Below are positions 10,431 to 19,548 of a stretch of DNA of 64,000 nucleotides, in pieces. Source of the DNA: Acidobacteria bacterium Ga0077522 (lineage in GTDB: Bacteria; Acidobacteriota; Vicinamibacteria; Vicinamibacterales; Vicinamibacteraceae). The stretch's first letter is position 1. Every line of letters starts with the position of its first letter. The stretch lies in the NCBI GenBank assembly GCA_001464065.1, contig LNDN01000011.1:2231-66230 (forward strand). The letters are read 5' to 3'. The position numbers and the translations under genes were made by a program. Below the pieces are notes generated by a model. That model worked only from the letters and a program-made list of their open reading frames with translations, did not search any database and was not told the DNA's origin.

Positions 10431-10540
10431 AGGTCAGAGCATCGGTCAAGCGCATTTGCGTGAAGTGCAAGATCGTCCGGCGACGCGGTGTCGTGCGGGT
10501 GATTTGCGACAACCAGAAGCACAAGCAGCGGCAGGGATAG
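10427..10540 (+). CDS. rpmJ: 50S ribosomal protein L36
   Basis: Not in the ORF track because it is under 60 aa. I translated [37 protein letters not shown]. The ATG at 10427 overlaps the infA stop (ATGA). Confidence 0.93.
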   Translation: MKVRASVKRICVKCKIVRRRGVVRVICDNQKHKQRQG

Positions 10541-10543
10541 GGC

Positions 10544-10918
10544 ATGGCACGTATCGCAGGCGTGGATCTTCCGCGGACCAAGCGCGTCGAGATCGGACTC
10601 ACCTACATCTACGGCATCGGACGCAAGCGTTCCGGTGACATTCTCAAGGCCTCGGGCGTCAGCCCGGACATCCGGATCAAGGACCTCACCGAAGAGGACG
10701 TCCGGGCCATCTCGAAGGTCATCGAGGACGTGGGTGGCGTCGAGGGCGATCTCCGCAAGGAGATCTCGCTCAACATCAAGCGCTTGATGGAAATCGGCTG
10801 CTACCGCGGCCTGCGGCATCGCCGCAGCCTCCCGGTCCGCGGTCAGCGCACGAAGACGAACGCGCGCACGCGGAAGGGCCCGCGCAAGGGCGCCATCGCC
10901 AAGAAGAAGACGGTGTAG
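10544..10918 (+). CDS. rpsM: 30S ribosomal protein S13
   Basis: 124 aa; [27 protein letters not shown]-terminus. Confidence 0.97.
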   Translation: MARIAGVDLPRTKRVEIGLTYIYGIGRKRSGDILKASGVSPDIRIKDLTEEDVRAISKVIEDVGGVEGDLRKEISLNIKRLMEIGCYRGLRHRRSLPVRGQRTKTNARTRKGPRKGAIAKKKTV

Positions 10919-10921
10919 GAC

Positions 10922-11335
10922 ATGGCAGACGAGAAGAAGGGCGCGGCAGGCCGGAAGAAGGTCTTCAAGAAGCGCGGCGAGAAGAAGGTGGTCCACAGCG
11001 GTGTGGCCCACATTCAGGCGTCGTTCAACAACACGCTGGTCACGATCACGGATGTCGACGGCAACGTCGTGTCCTGGTCGAGTGCCGGGGCGATTGGCTT
11101 CAAGGGGTCCCGCAAGGGCACGCCGTTTGCCGCCACTCAGGCGGCCATGAATGCCGGCACGGCTGCGAAGGGCGTCGGGATGCGCTCGATCGAGGTTCGT
11201 GTGAAGGGACCGGGTGCGGGTCGCGAATCGGCCGTCCGCGCTCTTTCCAACGTCGGGTTGGATGTCAAGACCATCCGCGACGTCACGCCGATTCCGCACA
11301 ACGGCTGCCGGCCGCCCAAGAAGCGTCGCGTCTAG
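10922..11335 (+). CDS. rpsK: 30S ribosomal protein S11
   Basis: 137 aa; [18 protein letters not shown] and [17 protein letters not shown] motifs. Confidence 0.97.
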   Translation: MADEKKGAAGRKKVFKKRGEKKVVHSGVAHIQASFNNTLVTITDVDGNVVSWSSAGAIGFKGSRKGTPFAATQAAMNAGTAAKGVGMRSIEVRVKGPGAGRESAVRALSNVGLDVKTIRDVTPIPHNGCRPPKKRRV

Positions 11336-11434
11336 CGCGCCGGGCGTCCACGGTCGTCAAGAGGGAGGGCACGCCCATTTTGCGTGCCGATCCGCGCGCT
11401 CCGGCGCGCGTCGTGAGAAGGACACGAAGGCTAC

Positions 11435-12028
11435 ATGGCTCGATACATCGGACCCGTCTGCCGTCTCTGCCGGCGAGAGGGCATGAAGCTCTTCCTCAAG
11501 GGAGAGCGCTGCTACACGTCGAAGTGCGCCATCGAGAAGCGCAACCTGCCCCCGGGCCAGCACGGCAAGGCGCGCAAGGCGAAGATGCTCGGCTACGGCC
11601 TGCAGCTGCGCGAGAAGCAGAAGGTCAAGCGCACCTACGGCGTGCTCGAGAACCAGTTCCGCCGCTACTTCGAGGCGGCCGACCGCCAGCGCGGGATCAC
11701 GGGCGAGACGCTGCTGCAGTTGCTGGAGCGCCGCCTCGACAACGCCGTCTACCGGCTCGGGTTCGCCTCGTCCTTCCTCGTCAACGGCAAGAAGGTGGAC
11801 ATCCCGTCCTACCAGCTGCGCCAGGGCGACGTCGTGAGCATCCGCGCCTCGAGCGAGAAGAATCCGGCGATTCTGCATGCGTTCGAAGAAGTGAAGGGCC
11901 GCGGCGTTCCCGAATGGCTGTCCGTCGACACGGCGGCCGGGACCGGGCGCGTGGTGTCGCTGCCGACGCGTGAGCAGATCAACCTGCCCGTGCAGGAGCA
12001 GCTGATCGTCGAGCTCTATTCGAAGTAG
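11435..12028 (+). CDS. rpsD: 30S ribosomal protein S4, apparently lacking about 12 aa of the S4 domain
   Basis: 197 aa; [27 protein letters not shown]-terminus; LGFASS is followed directly by [13 protein letters not shown] (see finding). Confidence 0.93.
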   Translation: MARYIGPVCRLCRREGMKLFLKGERCYTSKCAIEKRNLPPGQHGKARKAKMLGYGLQLREKQKVKRTYGVLENQFRRYFEAADRQRGITGETLLQLLERRLDNAVYRLGFASSFLVNGKKVDIPSYQLRQGDVVSIRASSEKNPAILHAFEEVKGRGVPEWLSVDTAAGTGRVVSLPTREQINLPVQEQLIVELYSK

Positions 12029-12158
12029 CTGCCGGACGCGTTCGGCACTCTGCCGAACGGTTCGTCAGCCTGCCGGGGCGACCGGCGGCGGCCAGGAGGG
12101 GCTCAGGCGCGCAGGCGCGGGGTCCCCGGCCCATTTTTGACTGGAAAGGACTACATCG

Positions 12159-13139
12159 ATGCTGTGGAAGGGGTTCCAGCGCCCGAAGCGACTCGACGTT
12201 GAACGCGAGAGCCAGACCGGCCGGTTCGGGCGGTTCACCGCGCAGCCGTTCGAGCGCGGGTGGGGTACCACCATCGGCAACGCGATGCGCCGGGTGCTGC
12301 TGTCGTCCATCGAGGGCGCGGCGATCACTGCGGTGAAGATCGAGGGTGTCCAGCACGAGTTCTCGCCCGTCGAGGGCGTCGTGGAAGATGCCACCGACAT
12401 CATCCTCAACCTCAAGCAGGTCCCGTTCAAGCTGCATGGGGACGAGACCAAGATGCTGTACCTGCGCATCGACAAGCCGGGGCCGGTGCACGCCCGCGAC
12501 ATCGAGGTCGACCACACGGTCGAGGTTCTCGATCCGGATGCGCACATCGCCACCGTCTCCGAGGGCGGCAAGCTGTACATGGAGATGCGCCTCAAGAACG
12601 GGCGCGGCTACGTGTCGGCCGACCGCAACTTCGACGAGGATCTCGGCATCGGCTGGATCCCCGTGGACTCGGTCCACTCGCCGGTCCGCAAGGTGAACTA
12701 CCTGGTCGAATCGGCGCGCGTGGGCCAGAACACGGACTACGACAAGCTGACCCTCGAGGTGAACACCAGCGGGGCGCTGTCGCCGACCGAGGCCATCGAG
12801 CTCGCGGCCCAGTTGCTGCGCGATCACCTCTTCATCTTCGGCGGCGACGATGACGACGATGTCGTGGTCGGCGAGGGTGGCGACGCCACGCCTGCGACGC
12901 TCACCGAGGAGAGCAACGAGCACCTCGACAAGAGCATCGAAGAGCTCGAGCTGTCGGTTCGTTCCTACAACTGTCTGAAGAACGCCAACATCCGGACCAT
13001 CCGGGAACTGGTGGCCAAGACGGAGAACGACCTGCTCAAGACCAAGAACTTTGGCCGCAAGTCGCTCAACGAGATCAAGGAGATCCTCCAGACGATGGGT
13101 CTCAGCCTCGGCATGAGCGTGGAGCAGCCAGCACAGTAG
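12159..13139 (+). CDS. rpoA: DNA-directed RNA polymerase subunit alpha
   Basis: 326 aa; NTD motif [29 protein letters not shown] and CTD motif [24 protein letters not shown]. Confidence 0.97.
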   Translation: MLWKGFQRPKRLDVERESQTGRFGRFTAQPFERGWGTTIGNAMRRVLLSSIEGAAITAVKIEGVQHEFSPVEGVVEDATDIILNLKQVPFKLHGDETKMLYLRIDKPGPVHARDIEVDHTVEVLDPDAHIATVSEGGKLYMEMRLKNGRGYVSADRNFDEDLGIGWIPVDSVHSPVRKVNYLVESARVGQNTDYDKLTLEVNTSGALSPTEAIELAAQLLRDHLFIFGGDDDDDVVVGEGGDATPATLTEESNEHLDKSIEELELSVRSYNCLKNANIRTIRELVAKTENDLLKTKNFGRKSLNEIKEILQTMGLSLGMSVEQPAQ

Positions 13140-13152
13140 GGAACAGGCTCCA

Positions 13153-13223
13153 GCTCACGGCTCTCACGGCTCACGGCACGCTGCCGCAGCCTCTGGTGAG
13201 CCCTGAGCCATGAGCCGAGAGCC
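13153..13223. repeat. Two mutually inverted heptamer arrays: (GCTCACG)n at 13153-13180 and (NNGAGCC) x4 at 13196-13223
   Basis: gctcacg gctctcacg gctcacg gcacg ... gtgagcc ctgagcc atgagcc gagagcc, in the rpoA-rplQ spacer. Confidence 0.9.
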
Positions 13224-13238
13224 TGCAGAGAACGGACC

Positions 13239-13799
13239 ATGAGACACGGTGTTGCCCATCGCAAGCTCGGACGCGTAACCGAGCACCGCATCGCCCTCCT
13301 GCGCAATCAGGCCCAGGCGCTGCTCCGCCACGAGCGGATCCAGACCACGCTGCCCAAGGCCAAGGAACTGCGCCCGTACGTCGAGCGCATCATCTCCATC
13401 GCCAAGCGCAGCCTCGTGACCGATGGCACCGACGAAGAGCGTCGGATCCGTCGCATGAACGCCGAGCGTCTCGTCGCCCGCGACGTGGCCGACAAGAAGG
13501 TCGTCACGAAGCTGTTCGACACGCTGGCACCGCGCTTCGTCGAGCGTCCGGGTGGCTACACCCGCGTCCTCAAGCTCGGGCACCGTCGCGGCGACGCGGC
13601 GGAGGTGGCGCAGATCGAACTCGTCGGCAGTGAGTTCGATCCCAACGCCGGCACGGTCGAGGCCGGCGAGACCGCCGAGCAGCCGACGGGCCTTCGCGGC
13701 CGCGCCCGCGCGGCGGTGAAGAAGCTGCAGGACGAAGGCGCCACGACGGGCGAAGACAAGCCCAAGCGCGCCCGGAAGTCGGCCAAGAAGGCCGAGTAA
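13239..13799 (+). CDS. rplQ: 50S ribosomal protein L17 with Lys/Ala/Glu-rich C-terminal tail
   Basis: 186 aa; [18 protein letters not shown]-terminus and [15 protein letters not shown] motif. Confidence 0.96.
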   Translation: MRHGVAHRKLGRVTEHRIALLRNQAQALLRHERIQTTLPKAKELRPYVERIISIAKRSLVTDGTDEERRIRRMNAERLVARDVADKKVVTKLFDTLAPRFVERPGGYTRVLKLGHRRGDAAEVAQIELVGSEFDPNAGTVEAGETAEQPTGLRGRARAAVKKLQDEGATTGEDKPKRARKSAKKAE

Positions 13800-13858
13800 C
13801 CGGCACGGTCGACGGGACCCCGTCCCGGCCGCCGTCTCGTTCGCTGGAAGACACGAAA

Positions 13859-13896
13859 GGGAGCCCCGCCGTCAGGCGAGGGCTCCCTTTTCGTTT
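13859..13896 (+). terminator. Rho-independent terminator of the ribosomal/alpha operon
   Basis: GGGAGCCC (13859-13866), 13-nt loop, GGGCTCCC (13880-13887), then TTTTCGTTT. Confidence 0.75.
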
Positions 13897-14080
13897 GCTG
13901 GACGCCTCGGCGGGCCCTCCGCGGGCTCGGTCGAGCCCCGCCCCTCCCCCAGAGACTCCGATCCAGCCGGACGGCTCAGCCGTTCGACGCGCGCGCGGCC
14001 GTCGTTGATGAGGGCATGCCCCGACACCTCCGTGACAACGCCTGGCCGCAGCGGGTCCAGCGCGCGGAGCGGCTGACCTG

Positions 14081-14836
14081 ATGGCCGGGGCCCTGGTGTC
14101 GTTGCTGGGCCGCGTGGGCGCTGGGCGTGGGGCCTGGGCGGTCGTCTCGTTCCTGTTTCCGGCGTTCGCCATCGTCGAGGACGGGCGCGTCGCCGTCGCG
14201 ATGCTGCTCTTCGTGATGGAGACGCTGCTGGCCTCGACCCTGCTCGGCGTCCGGCTGGGGGTCGCGACCCGGCACGCCCAGGACGAGCCCGACGTGCAGA
14301 CGCGCCTCCGTGAGGTCCGCAGGCTGCTGCTGATCCTGGTCGTGCCCTTCAGTCTCGTCTGTGGCGTGATGCTCGGCGTCGTGACGCTGATCGAACACGC
14401 CAACACCGGCCGCTTCGAGGGCGCGCTGGAGATCTTCACGTCGCGTGCGACGTGGATGGCGGGGGCGTTGCTGGCATCGGCGGTGCTGGACGCCGTGGTC
14501 GCACCGGTGCGGACCGTGCACTGGCTGGAGACGACCGCCGCCTGGCAGTGGAGCCGGACGGCCGTCCTCTTCCTGACGATGCTGATTGGATGGCCGGTGA
14601 TGCTCTTCACCGGCACCTCGCAGGCCTTTGCGTGGATCTTCTTCGCGTTCCGGCTGCTCACGGACATCGGGTCGATGAGGCCCGGGGAACGCGAGCGCAT
14701 CCGCGGGGTCGTGTTCGACGGGCCGACCACCCCCGACGGAGCCGTCAGAGACACGGCCAAGGCACCGCCACGCCACTCGGCGGCGCACGCACGCCATCGG
14801 CGTGGCCACGACGACCCGCGGCGCCTTCCCGACTGA
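14081..14836 (+). CDS. Hypothetical polytopic membrane protein
   Basis: 251 aa with several hydrophobic segments; strong G/C preference at third codon positions; overlapping antisense ORFs look spurious. Confidence 0.6.
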   Translation: MAGALVSLLGRVGAGRGAWAVVSFLFPAFAIVEDGRVAVAMLLFVMETLLASTLLGVRLGVATRHAQDEPDVQTRLREVRRLLLILVVPFSLVCGVMLGVVTLIEHANTGRFEGALEIFTSRATWMAGALLASAVLDAVVAPVRTVHWLETTAAWQWSRTAVLFLTMLIGWPVMLFTGTSQAFAWIFFAFRLLTDIGSMRPGERERIRGVVFDGPTTPDGAVRDTAKAPPRHSAAHARHRRGHDDPRRLPD

Positions 14837-14842
14837 AGCGCC

Positions 14843-14898
14843 CTGAGCCGTGAGCCCTGAGCCATCGGTGCCGAGCCGAGAGCCCTGAGCCCAGAGCC
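14843..14898. repeat. Tandem heptamer array (NTGAGCC), about 8 units
   Basis: ctgagcc gtgagcc ctgagcc atcggtgcc gagcc gagagcc ctgagcc cagagcc; fills the spacer between convergent genes. Confidence 0.9.
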
Positions 14899-14902
14899 CT
14901 GG

Positions 14903-15949
14903 CTAGCGCCCGAGCATCACCGGCTGCGTCCAGGCGGCCTTGCCGTCCGACTGGGTGATCTTCGCGCGCACGTAGCCTTCGCTGCCCTTGACCGTGTACG
15001 TGGCGTCGGTCCCCTCGACGTCCTGCAACACGGCGCCACCCGTGCCGATGAACTGGATGCGGTAGCCCGCCTTCATGCTGTCCTCGGTGCCGTTGCCCCA
15101 GAACTTCTGCTTCACCTTCACGGTGATCGCCGCCGGCGACGCCTGGTAGTCCGCGAGTTCCACACCCGTCGACGCGTAGAAGTCCCCGCGGTCGAGCGCC
15201 TCGACGATGGCCTTCGCGTCGAGCGTCTCGGCGCGCACCATCACCCACCCCATCCCGGGGCGCGACGACGACAGGTCGTCGAGCTTCTTGAACTCGTGCG
15301 CGTCGTCGGTGGCCAGGCCGAAGAGGAGGATGCCGCGCGAGAGCAGCGCGTCCCAGGTCTGCTCGAGGCTCGGGTGCCCGGAGCCGCCGACGTTGTTGAC
15401 CATCGGGTGCGCGTTGTAGATCTCGAACAGCTTGTTGTTGCGGACCTGTGCGAGGTCGTCCGCGGTGATCGCCCAGCCGAAGTTCGGATGGTTGATGTGC
15501 GGCACGCCGTTGGCCATGCGGATGGCATCGACGTTCTTCTGCACCACCTCGGCGACGCTTGCGCCCTCGCGGATCGGCACCACGAGCCGGTCCGGATTGA
15601 GGCCGTTGATGTGGAGCGGCTTCGCCTGGAAACCCGAGGACACCTCCTCGCCCTTGACGACGAGGAACTTGTCGTCGGCGCCATGCAGCGCGTTGAGTCC
15701 GTCGACCGAGGTCAGGTAGTTGTGGTCCGTCAGGACGACGAAGTGGTACCGGTGGTCGCGATACCAGCGCACGACCTCGTCTGGCGTGCTGTCCCCGTCG
15801 CTGTTCAGGGTGTGGGTGTGTGTGTTGCCCTTGAACCAGCGCAGGGTGGACGACTGGGTTGGCGCCGGCGCCTGCGCGCCGGTGGCGACAGCGAAGGCGG
15901 CGGCGCCCAGAAGGATCGACGAGAGCAGGAGGCGGCGAGTCATCGGCAC
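14903..15949 (-). CDS. Secreted PHP-domain metal-dependent phosphoesterase
   Basis: 348 aa; signal peptide MPMTRRLLLSSILLGAAAFAVATGAQA; PHP motif GNTHTHTLNSDGD; later DDAHE motif. Confidence 0.8.
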   Translation of the reverse strand: MPMTRRLLLSSILLGAAAFAVATGAQAPAPTQSSTLRWFKGNTHTHTLNSDGDSTPDEVVRWYRDHRYHFVVLTDHNYLTSVDGLNALHGADDKFLVVKGEEVSSGFQAKPLHINGLNPDRLVVPIREGASVAEVVQKNVDAIRMANGVPHINHPNFGWAITADDLAQVRNNKLFEIYNAHPMVNNVGGSGHPSLEQTWDALLSRGILLFGLATDDAHEFKKLDDLSSSRPGMGWVMVRAETLDAKAIVEALDRGDFYASTGVELADYQASPAAITVKVKQKFWGNGTEDSMKAGYRIQFIGTGGAVLQDVEGTDATYTVKGSEGYVRAKITQSDGKAAWTQPVMLGR

Positions 15950-15952
15950 CGG

Positions 15953-18052
15953 CTATGCGTCCGAGTGCTCGACGCCGTGGTCGGTCTTGTGGGCGGCCAC
16001 GATCTTGGCTTGCTGATGCGCCGGCACTTCCTCGTAGTGGGAGTGGGTCATGCGGTATGAGCCGCGTCCGCCGGTCGCCGAGGTCAGGTGTTGTTCGTAG
16101 GTGAGCATCTCGGACATCGGCACCTGCGCCTTGATCGTCGTCGCGTGGCCGCGGGCTTCCATGCCGCTGATGCGTCCGCGTCGGCCGTTGAGATCGCCCA
16201 TGAGGTCGCCGGCACACTCGTTCGGCGCGTAGACCTCGACCTGCATGATGGGCTCGAGCAGCACCGGCCTGGCCCTGGTCATCGCGTCACGCAGGGCGAG
16301 CGAGCCGGCCATCTTGAACGACATCTCGTTGCTGTCCACCGGGTGGAACGATCCGTCGAACACGGTCGCCTTGAAGTCGACGAGAGGGAAGCCGGCCAGG
16401 AAGCCGCGCAGCCGCGCTTCCTGGATGCCCTTCTCGACGGCGGGGACGAACTGACGGGGGATCGAGCCACCGAAGATGTCGTCCTCGAACTGGAAGTCCG
16501 AGCCGCGCGGCAGGGGTTCGACGCGGATCTTGCAGTCGCCGAACTGGCCGTGGCCGCCGGTCTGCTTCTTGTGCCGTCCGTGCGCCTCGGTGCTGGCGGT
16601 GATCGTCTCGAGATAGGGGATGCGCGGCAGCTTGAGCGTGACGTCGACGCCGAAGCGCCGCTTCAACTTCGCGACGGTCACTTCGAGATGCAGCTGACCC
16701 TGGCCCGAGATCAGCTGTTCGTGCGTCCGCGGGTCGCGGTCGGTGCGAATCGTCGGGTCTTCTTCCTGGAGGCGATGCAGCGCCGTGCTGATCTTGTCCT
16801 CGTCGCCGCGCGTCTTGGGCTCGAGGGCGTAGGACAGGAGCGGCGCCGCGAACGCGATCGGGGGAAAGGTCAGATCGGTGGCCTTGTCCGACAGCGTGTC
16901 GCCGGTCTGGGCCTCCTTCAGCTTGGCGATGGCGCCGAGGTCGCCGGCGTGCAGTTCGTTCACCTGCGCCTGCGTCTTGCCCTGGAGGGCCATCAGGTGG
17001 GCGATGCGCTCCTGGGATCCTCGCGTCAGGTTGGACAGCGTGGTGTCGTTGCGGATGACGCCGGTGACGACCCGGAACAGCGAGATCCGGCCGGCGAACG
17101 GGTCGGCCACGGTCTTCCACACGAACACGCGGGTCGGCGCCGTGTCGTCGGCGCTGACGGTGACCGCTTGCGCGTCCGCCGCCTGGATCGCCGGCAGGGG
17201 CCGCTCCACCGGGGAGGGGGCGTATTGCGTCAACGCCTCGAGGAGGCGATCGGCACCGATGTTCTCGGCACCCGCCGCGCAGAACACGGGGACCACGGCG
17301 CCCTTGCCGACCGCGGTGCGCAGGCCGGTCACGAGTTCGTCGTCGGTCAGCGTGCCTTCATCGAAGAAACGCGACATCAGCGCATCGTCGGCCTCGGCGA
17401 CCAGTTCGACGAGGGCCTCGCGGGCGTTCCTCGCCTCGGCGGCGATGCTTTCGGGGATGGCGACGGCCTTGCCGCGGCCGGTGCCGCCGTCATAGGTGTA
17501 GGCGCGCTGGCCGACGAGGTCGATGACGCCCCGAAAGCCCTTCTCCTCGCCATAGGGCAACTGCACCGGCACGAGCGTGCGGCCGAAGGTGGCGTGCAGG
17601 TCCTCGAGGGCGGTGGCGAAGCTGGCGCGCTCGCGGTCGAGGCGATTGATGACCACGAAGCGGGCGAGCTGCTGGTCGGACGCCAGGCCCCACACGCGCT
17701 CGGTCTGCACTTCGACGCCGGCGACCGCATCGACCACCACGAGGGCCGCGTCGGTCACCCGCAGGGCCGCGCCCGTCTCGCTGAGGAAGTTGCCGAACCC
17801 CGGCGTGTCCACGAGGTTGACCTTGGTGCCCTGCCACTCCAGCCAGGCCGGCGTGGCGGCGAGGGTGTGCTTGCGGGCGATGGCTTCGTCGTCGAAATCG
17901 GTCGGCGCGGTGCCGTCGTCGACGCGTCCGAGGCGGGTCGTGGCCCCGGCGGTGAACAGCAGGGCGGAGATGAGCTGGGTCTTGCCGGAGCCGTTGTGGC
18001 CGACGACTGCCACGTTGCGAATGGTCGCCGCTGCATAGGTGGGCATGAGCAC
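15953..18052 (-). CDS. Elongation factor G-like GTPase paralog with divergent G domain
   Basis: 699 aa with EF-G five-domain length; G1 GHNGSGKT, G3 DTPGFGNF (canonical DTPGHVDF), G4 NRLD; its stop lies 3 nt from the PHP gene start. Confidence 0.88.
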   Translation of the reverse strand: MLMPTYAAATIRNVAVVGHNGSGKTQLISALLFTAGATTRLGRVDDGTAPTDFDDEAIARKHTLAATPAWLEWQGTKVNLVDTPGFGNFLSETGAALRVTDAALVVVDAVAGVEVQTERVWGLASDQQLARFVVINRLDRERASFATALEDLHATFGRTLVPVQLPYGEEKGFRGVIDLVGQRAYTYDGGTGRGKAVAIPESIAAEARNAREALVELVAEADDALMSRFFDEGTLTDDELVTGLRTAVGKGAVVPVFCAAGAENIGADRLLEALTQYAPSPVERPLPAIQAADAQAVTVSADDTAPTRVFVWKTVADPFAGRISLFRVVTGVIRNDTTLSNLTRGSQERIAHLMALQGKTQAQVNELHAGDLGAIAKLKEAQTGDTLSDKATDLTFPPIAFAAPLLSYALEPKTRGDEDKISTALHRLQEEDPTIRTDRDPRTHEQLISGQGQLHLEVTVAKLKRRFGVDVTLKLPRIPYLETITASTEAHGRHKKQTGGHGQFGDCKIRVEPLPRGSDFQFEDDIFGGSIPRQFVPAVEKGIQEARLRGFLAGFPLVDFKATVFDGSFHPVDSNEMSFKMAGSLALRDAMTRARPVLLEPIMQVEVYAPNECAGDLMGDLNGRRGRISGMEARGHATTIKAQVPMSEMLTYEQHLTSATGGRGSYRMTHSHYEEVPAHQQAKIVAAHKTDHGVEHSDA

Positions 18053-18156
18053 CCTCGAGGGGGAAAAGAGCTACACGCCCGCGATGCTATGCCAGAGCCG
18101 TGACGCGAACAAGGGGCGGACGGCTCGGCATTCGCCAGGCCGCCCGCCCCCTGGTC

Positions 18157-18189
18157 GCGAATGCCGCGATGCCGCGAATGCCGAATGCC
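18157..18189. repeat. Tandem array (GCGAATGCC-like, 7-9 nt units)
   Basis: gcgaatgcc gcgatgcc gcgaatgcc gaatgcc; an inverted copy GGCATTCGCC lies at 18127-18136. Confidence 0.85.
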
Positions 18190-18190
18190 G

Positions 18191-18254
18191 GAAGGACGAA
18201 GGCCCAAGGCCCAAGGCCCAAGGCCCAGAACCCAAGGCCCAGGCGCCGAAGGCC
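18191..18254. repeat. Tandem heptamer array (CAAGGCC) x9
   Basis: gaaggac gaaggcc caaggcc caaggcc caaggcc cagaacc caaggcc caggcgc cgaaggcc; ends 5 nt from the permease stop codon. Confidence 0.92.
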
Positions 18255-18258
18255 GTCC

Positions 18259-19533
18259 CTACTCGTACCGGAGCGCTTCGATGGGGTCGAGCTTGGAGGC
18301 CTTGATCGCGGGCAGCATGCCGAACAGGATGCCGACCGCCGCCGAGAAGCCGACCCCCAGGGCGAACGACCAGAGCGGGAGCGCCACCGGGAAGCCCGCA
18401 AACACGTTGACGGCATAGCCGATACCGGCCCCGAGCAGGATGCCGAGCAGGCCGCCGAGCATCGTCAGGAACACGGCTTCGATGAGGAACTGCACGAGAA
18501 TCTCGCGGCGGCGGGCGCCAAGGGCCTTGCGCACGCCGATCTCGCGCGTGCGCTCGGTGACCGAGATGGTCATGATGGCCATGACGCCGATGCCCCCCAC
18601 CATCAGCGCGATCGAGGAAATCACCACGAGGGCGAGGACGATCGCGCGCGTGAAGTTCTCGAGGAACTTGAGGACGCTGTCGGCCGTCATCAGGTCGAAA
18701 TCGCTCGGCTCGTCCAGGCGAAGCCGGTGGCGCGCCCGCATGATGCGCTCGATCTCGGCCTTCACGTCCGCCTGCGACACGCCCTCGGCCGCCGACACGA
18801 CGATCGTGAACGGTCGCCAGAGGTAGCCGCGGAAGCGCCACGGGTCGTACCGCTTCTCGTACGTGGTCCAGGGGACCGTCACGAAGGCGTTGGCGTCGCC
18901 GAGTGGACTAGGGCGCTTGCCGAAGACGCCCACGACCGTGTACGCCTTGCCGTCCATCCGGATGACCTTGCCGATCGGGTCGGCGGCCGGAAACAGGGTC
19001 TCGGCGACCGTGAAGCCGAGCACCGCCACCTGGTGCTTGTTCTGCACTTCGAAGGCGGCGAAGTACCGACCCTGCGCGATGGCGATCGAGTTGGTCTCGG
19101 GGAACTGCTCCGAGGTGCCGACCAGGGGCAGCCGCTTGGTCGCTCGATTCCCGGAGGTGACGCGGATCTGCTGACTCCAGGGCCCACCGAAGTCACCGGC
19201 CTGCACGTCCACGCGCGCCACCAGCGGCGATGCCGCCACCGCCTCCGCGTCGCCATTGGTGAGATTGGGCCGGCGCAGCAACTCCATGAAGTCGCGGCCG
19301 CTCGAGAAGGACTCGAACCCGGCCTTCTCGAGATACACGCTGTTGGCGCCGAGCTGATTGATCTGGGTCCGGATGGACCCGGAGAACCCACCGATGAGGG
19401 CCGTCATCGCCACGATCGACGTCACGCCGATCACGACACCGAGGATGGTCAGCGCCGAGCGCAGCTTGTTGGCCCGGAGGGTGTCGACCGAGAGGCCGAG
19501 GATGTCGGTGAGCAGACCCGTACGCGTGGCGAT
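18259..19533 (-). CDS. ABC transporter permease, MacB/FtsX family (copy 3); proposed non-canonical ATC start
   Basis: The track ORF 18259..19434 starts inside TM1. The in-frame upstream sequence IATRTGLLTDILGLSVDTLRANKLRSALTILGVV aligns with the paralog N-terminus. GGAGG lies 4 nt before the ATC at 19533. Confidence 0.8.
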   Translation of the reverse strand: MATRTGLLTDILGLSVDTLRANKLRSALTILGVVIGVTSIVAMTALIGGFSGSIRTQINQLGANSVYLEKAGFESFSSGRDFMELLRRPNLTNGDAEAVAASPLVARVDVQAGDFGGPWSQQIRVTSGNRATKRLPLVGTSEQFPETNSIAIAQGRYFAAFEVQNKHQVAVLGFTVAETLFPAADPIGKVIRMDGKAYTVVGVFGKRPSPLGDANAFVTVPWTTYEKRYDPWRFRGYLWRPFTIVVSAAEGVSQADVKAEIERIMRARHRLRLDEPSDFDLMTADSVLKFLENFTRAIVLALVVISSIALMVGGIGVMAIMTISVTERTREIGVRKALGARRREILVQFLIEAVFLTMLGGLLGILLGAGIGYAVNVFAGFPVALPLWSFALGVGFSAAVGILFGMLPAIKASKLDPIEALRYE

Positions 19534-19548
19534 ACGGCCTCCGTCCGG

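Noticed and set aside
13525-13539. TGGCAC-cgcgc-TTCG inside rplQ, which shares 13 nt with the pilA sigma-54 promoter
   Set aside because: It lies within a ribosomal protein coding sequence, and the conserved -12 GC dinucleotide is replaced by CG. It is most likely a chance similarity.
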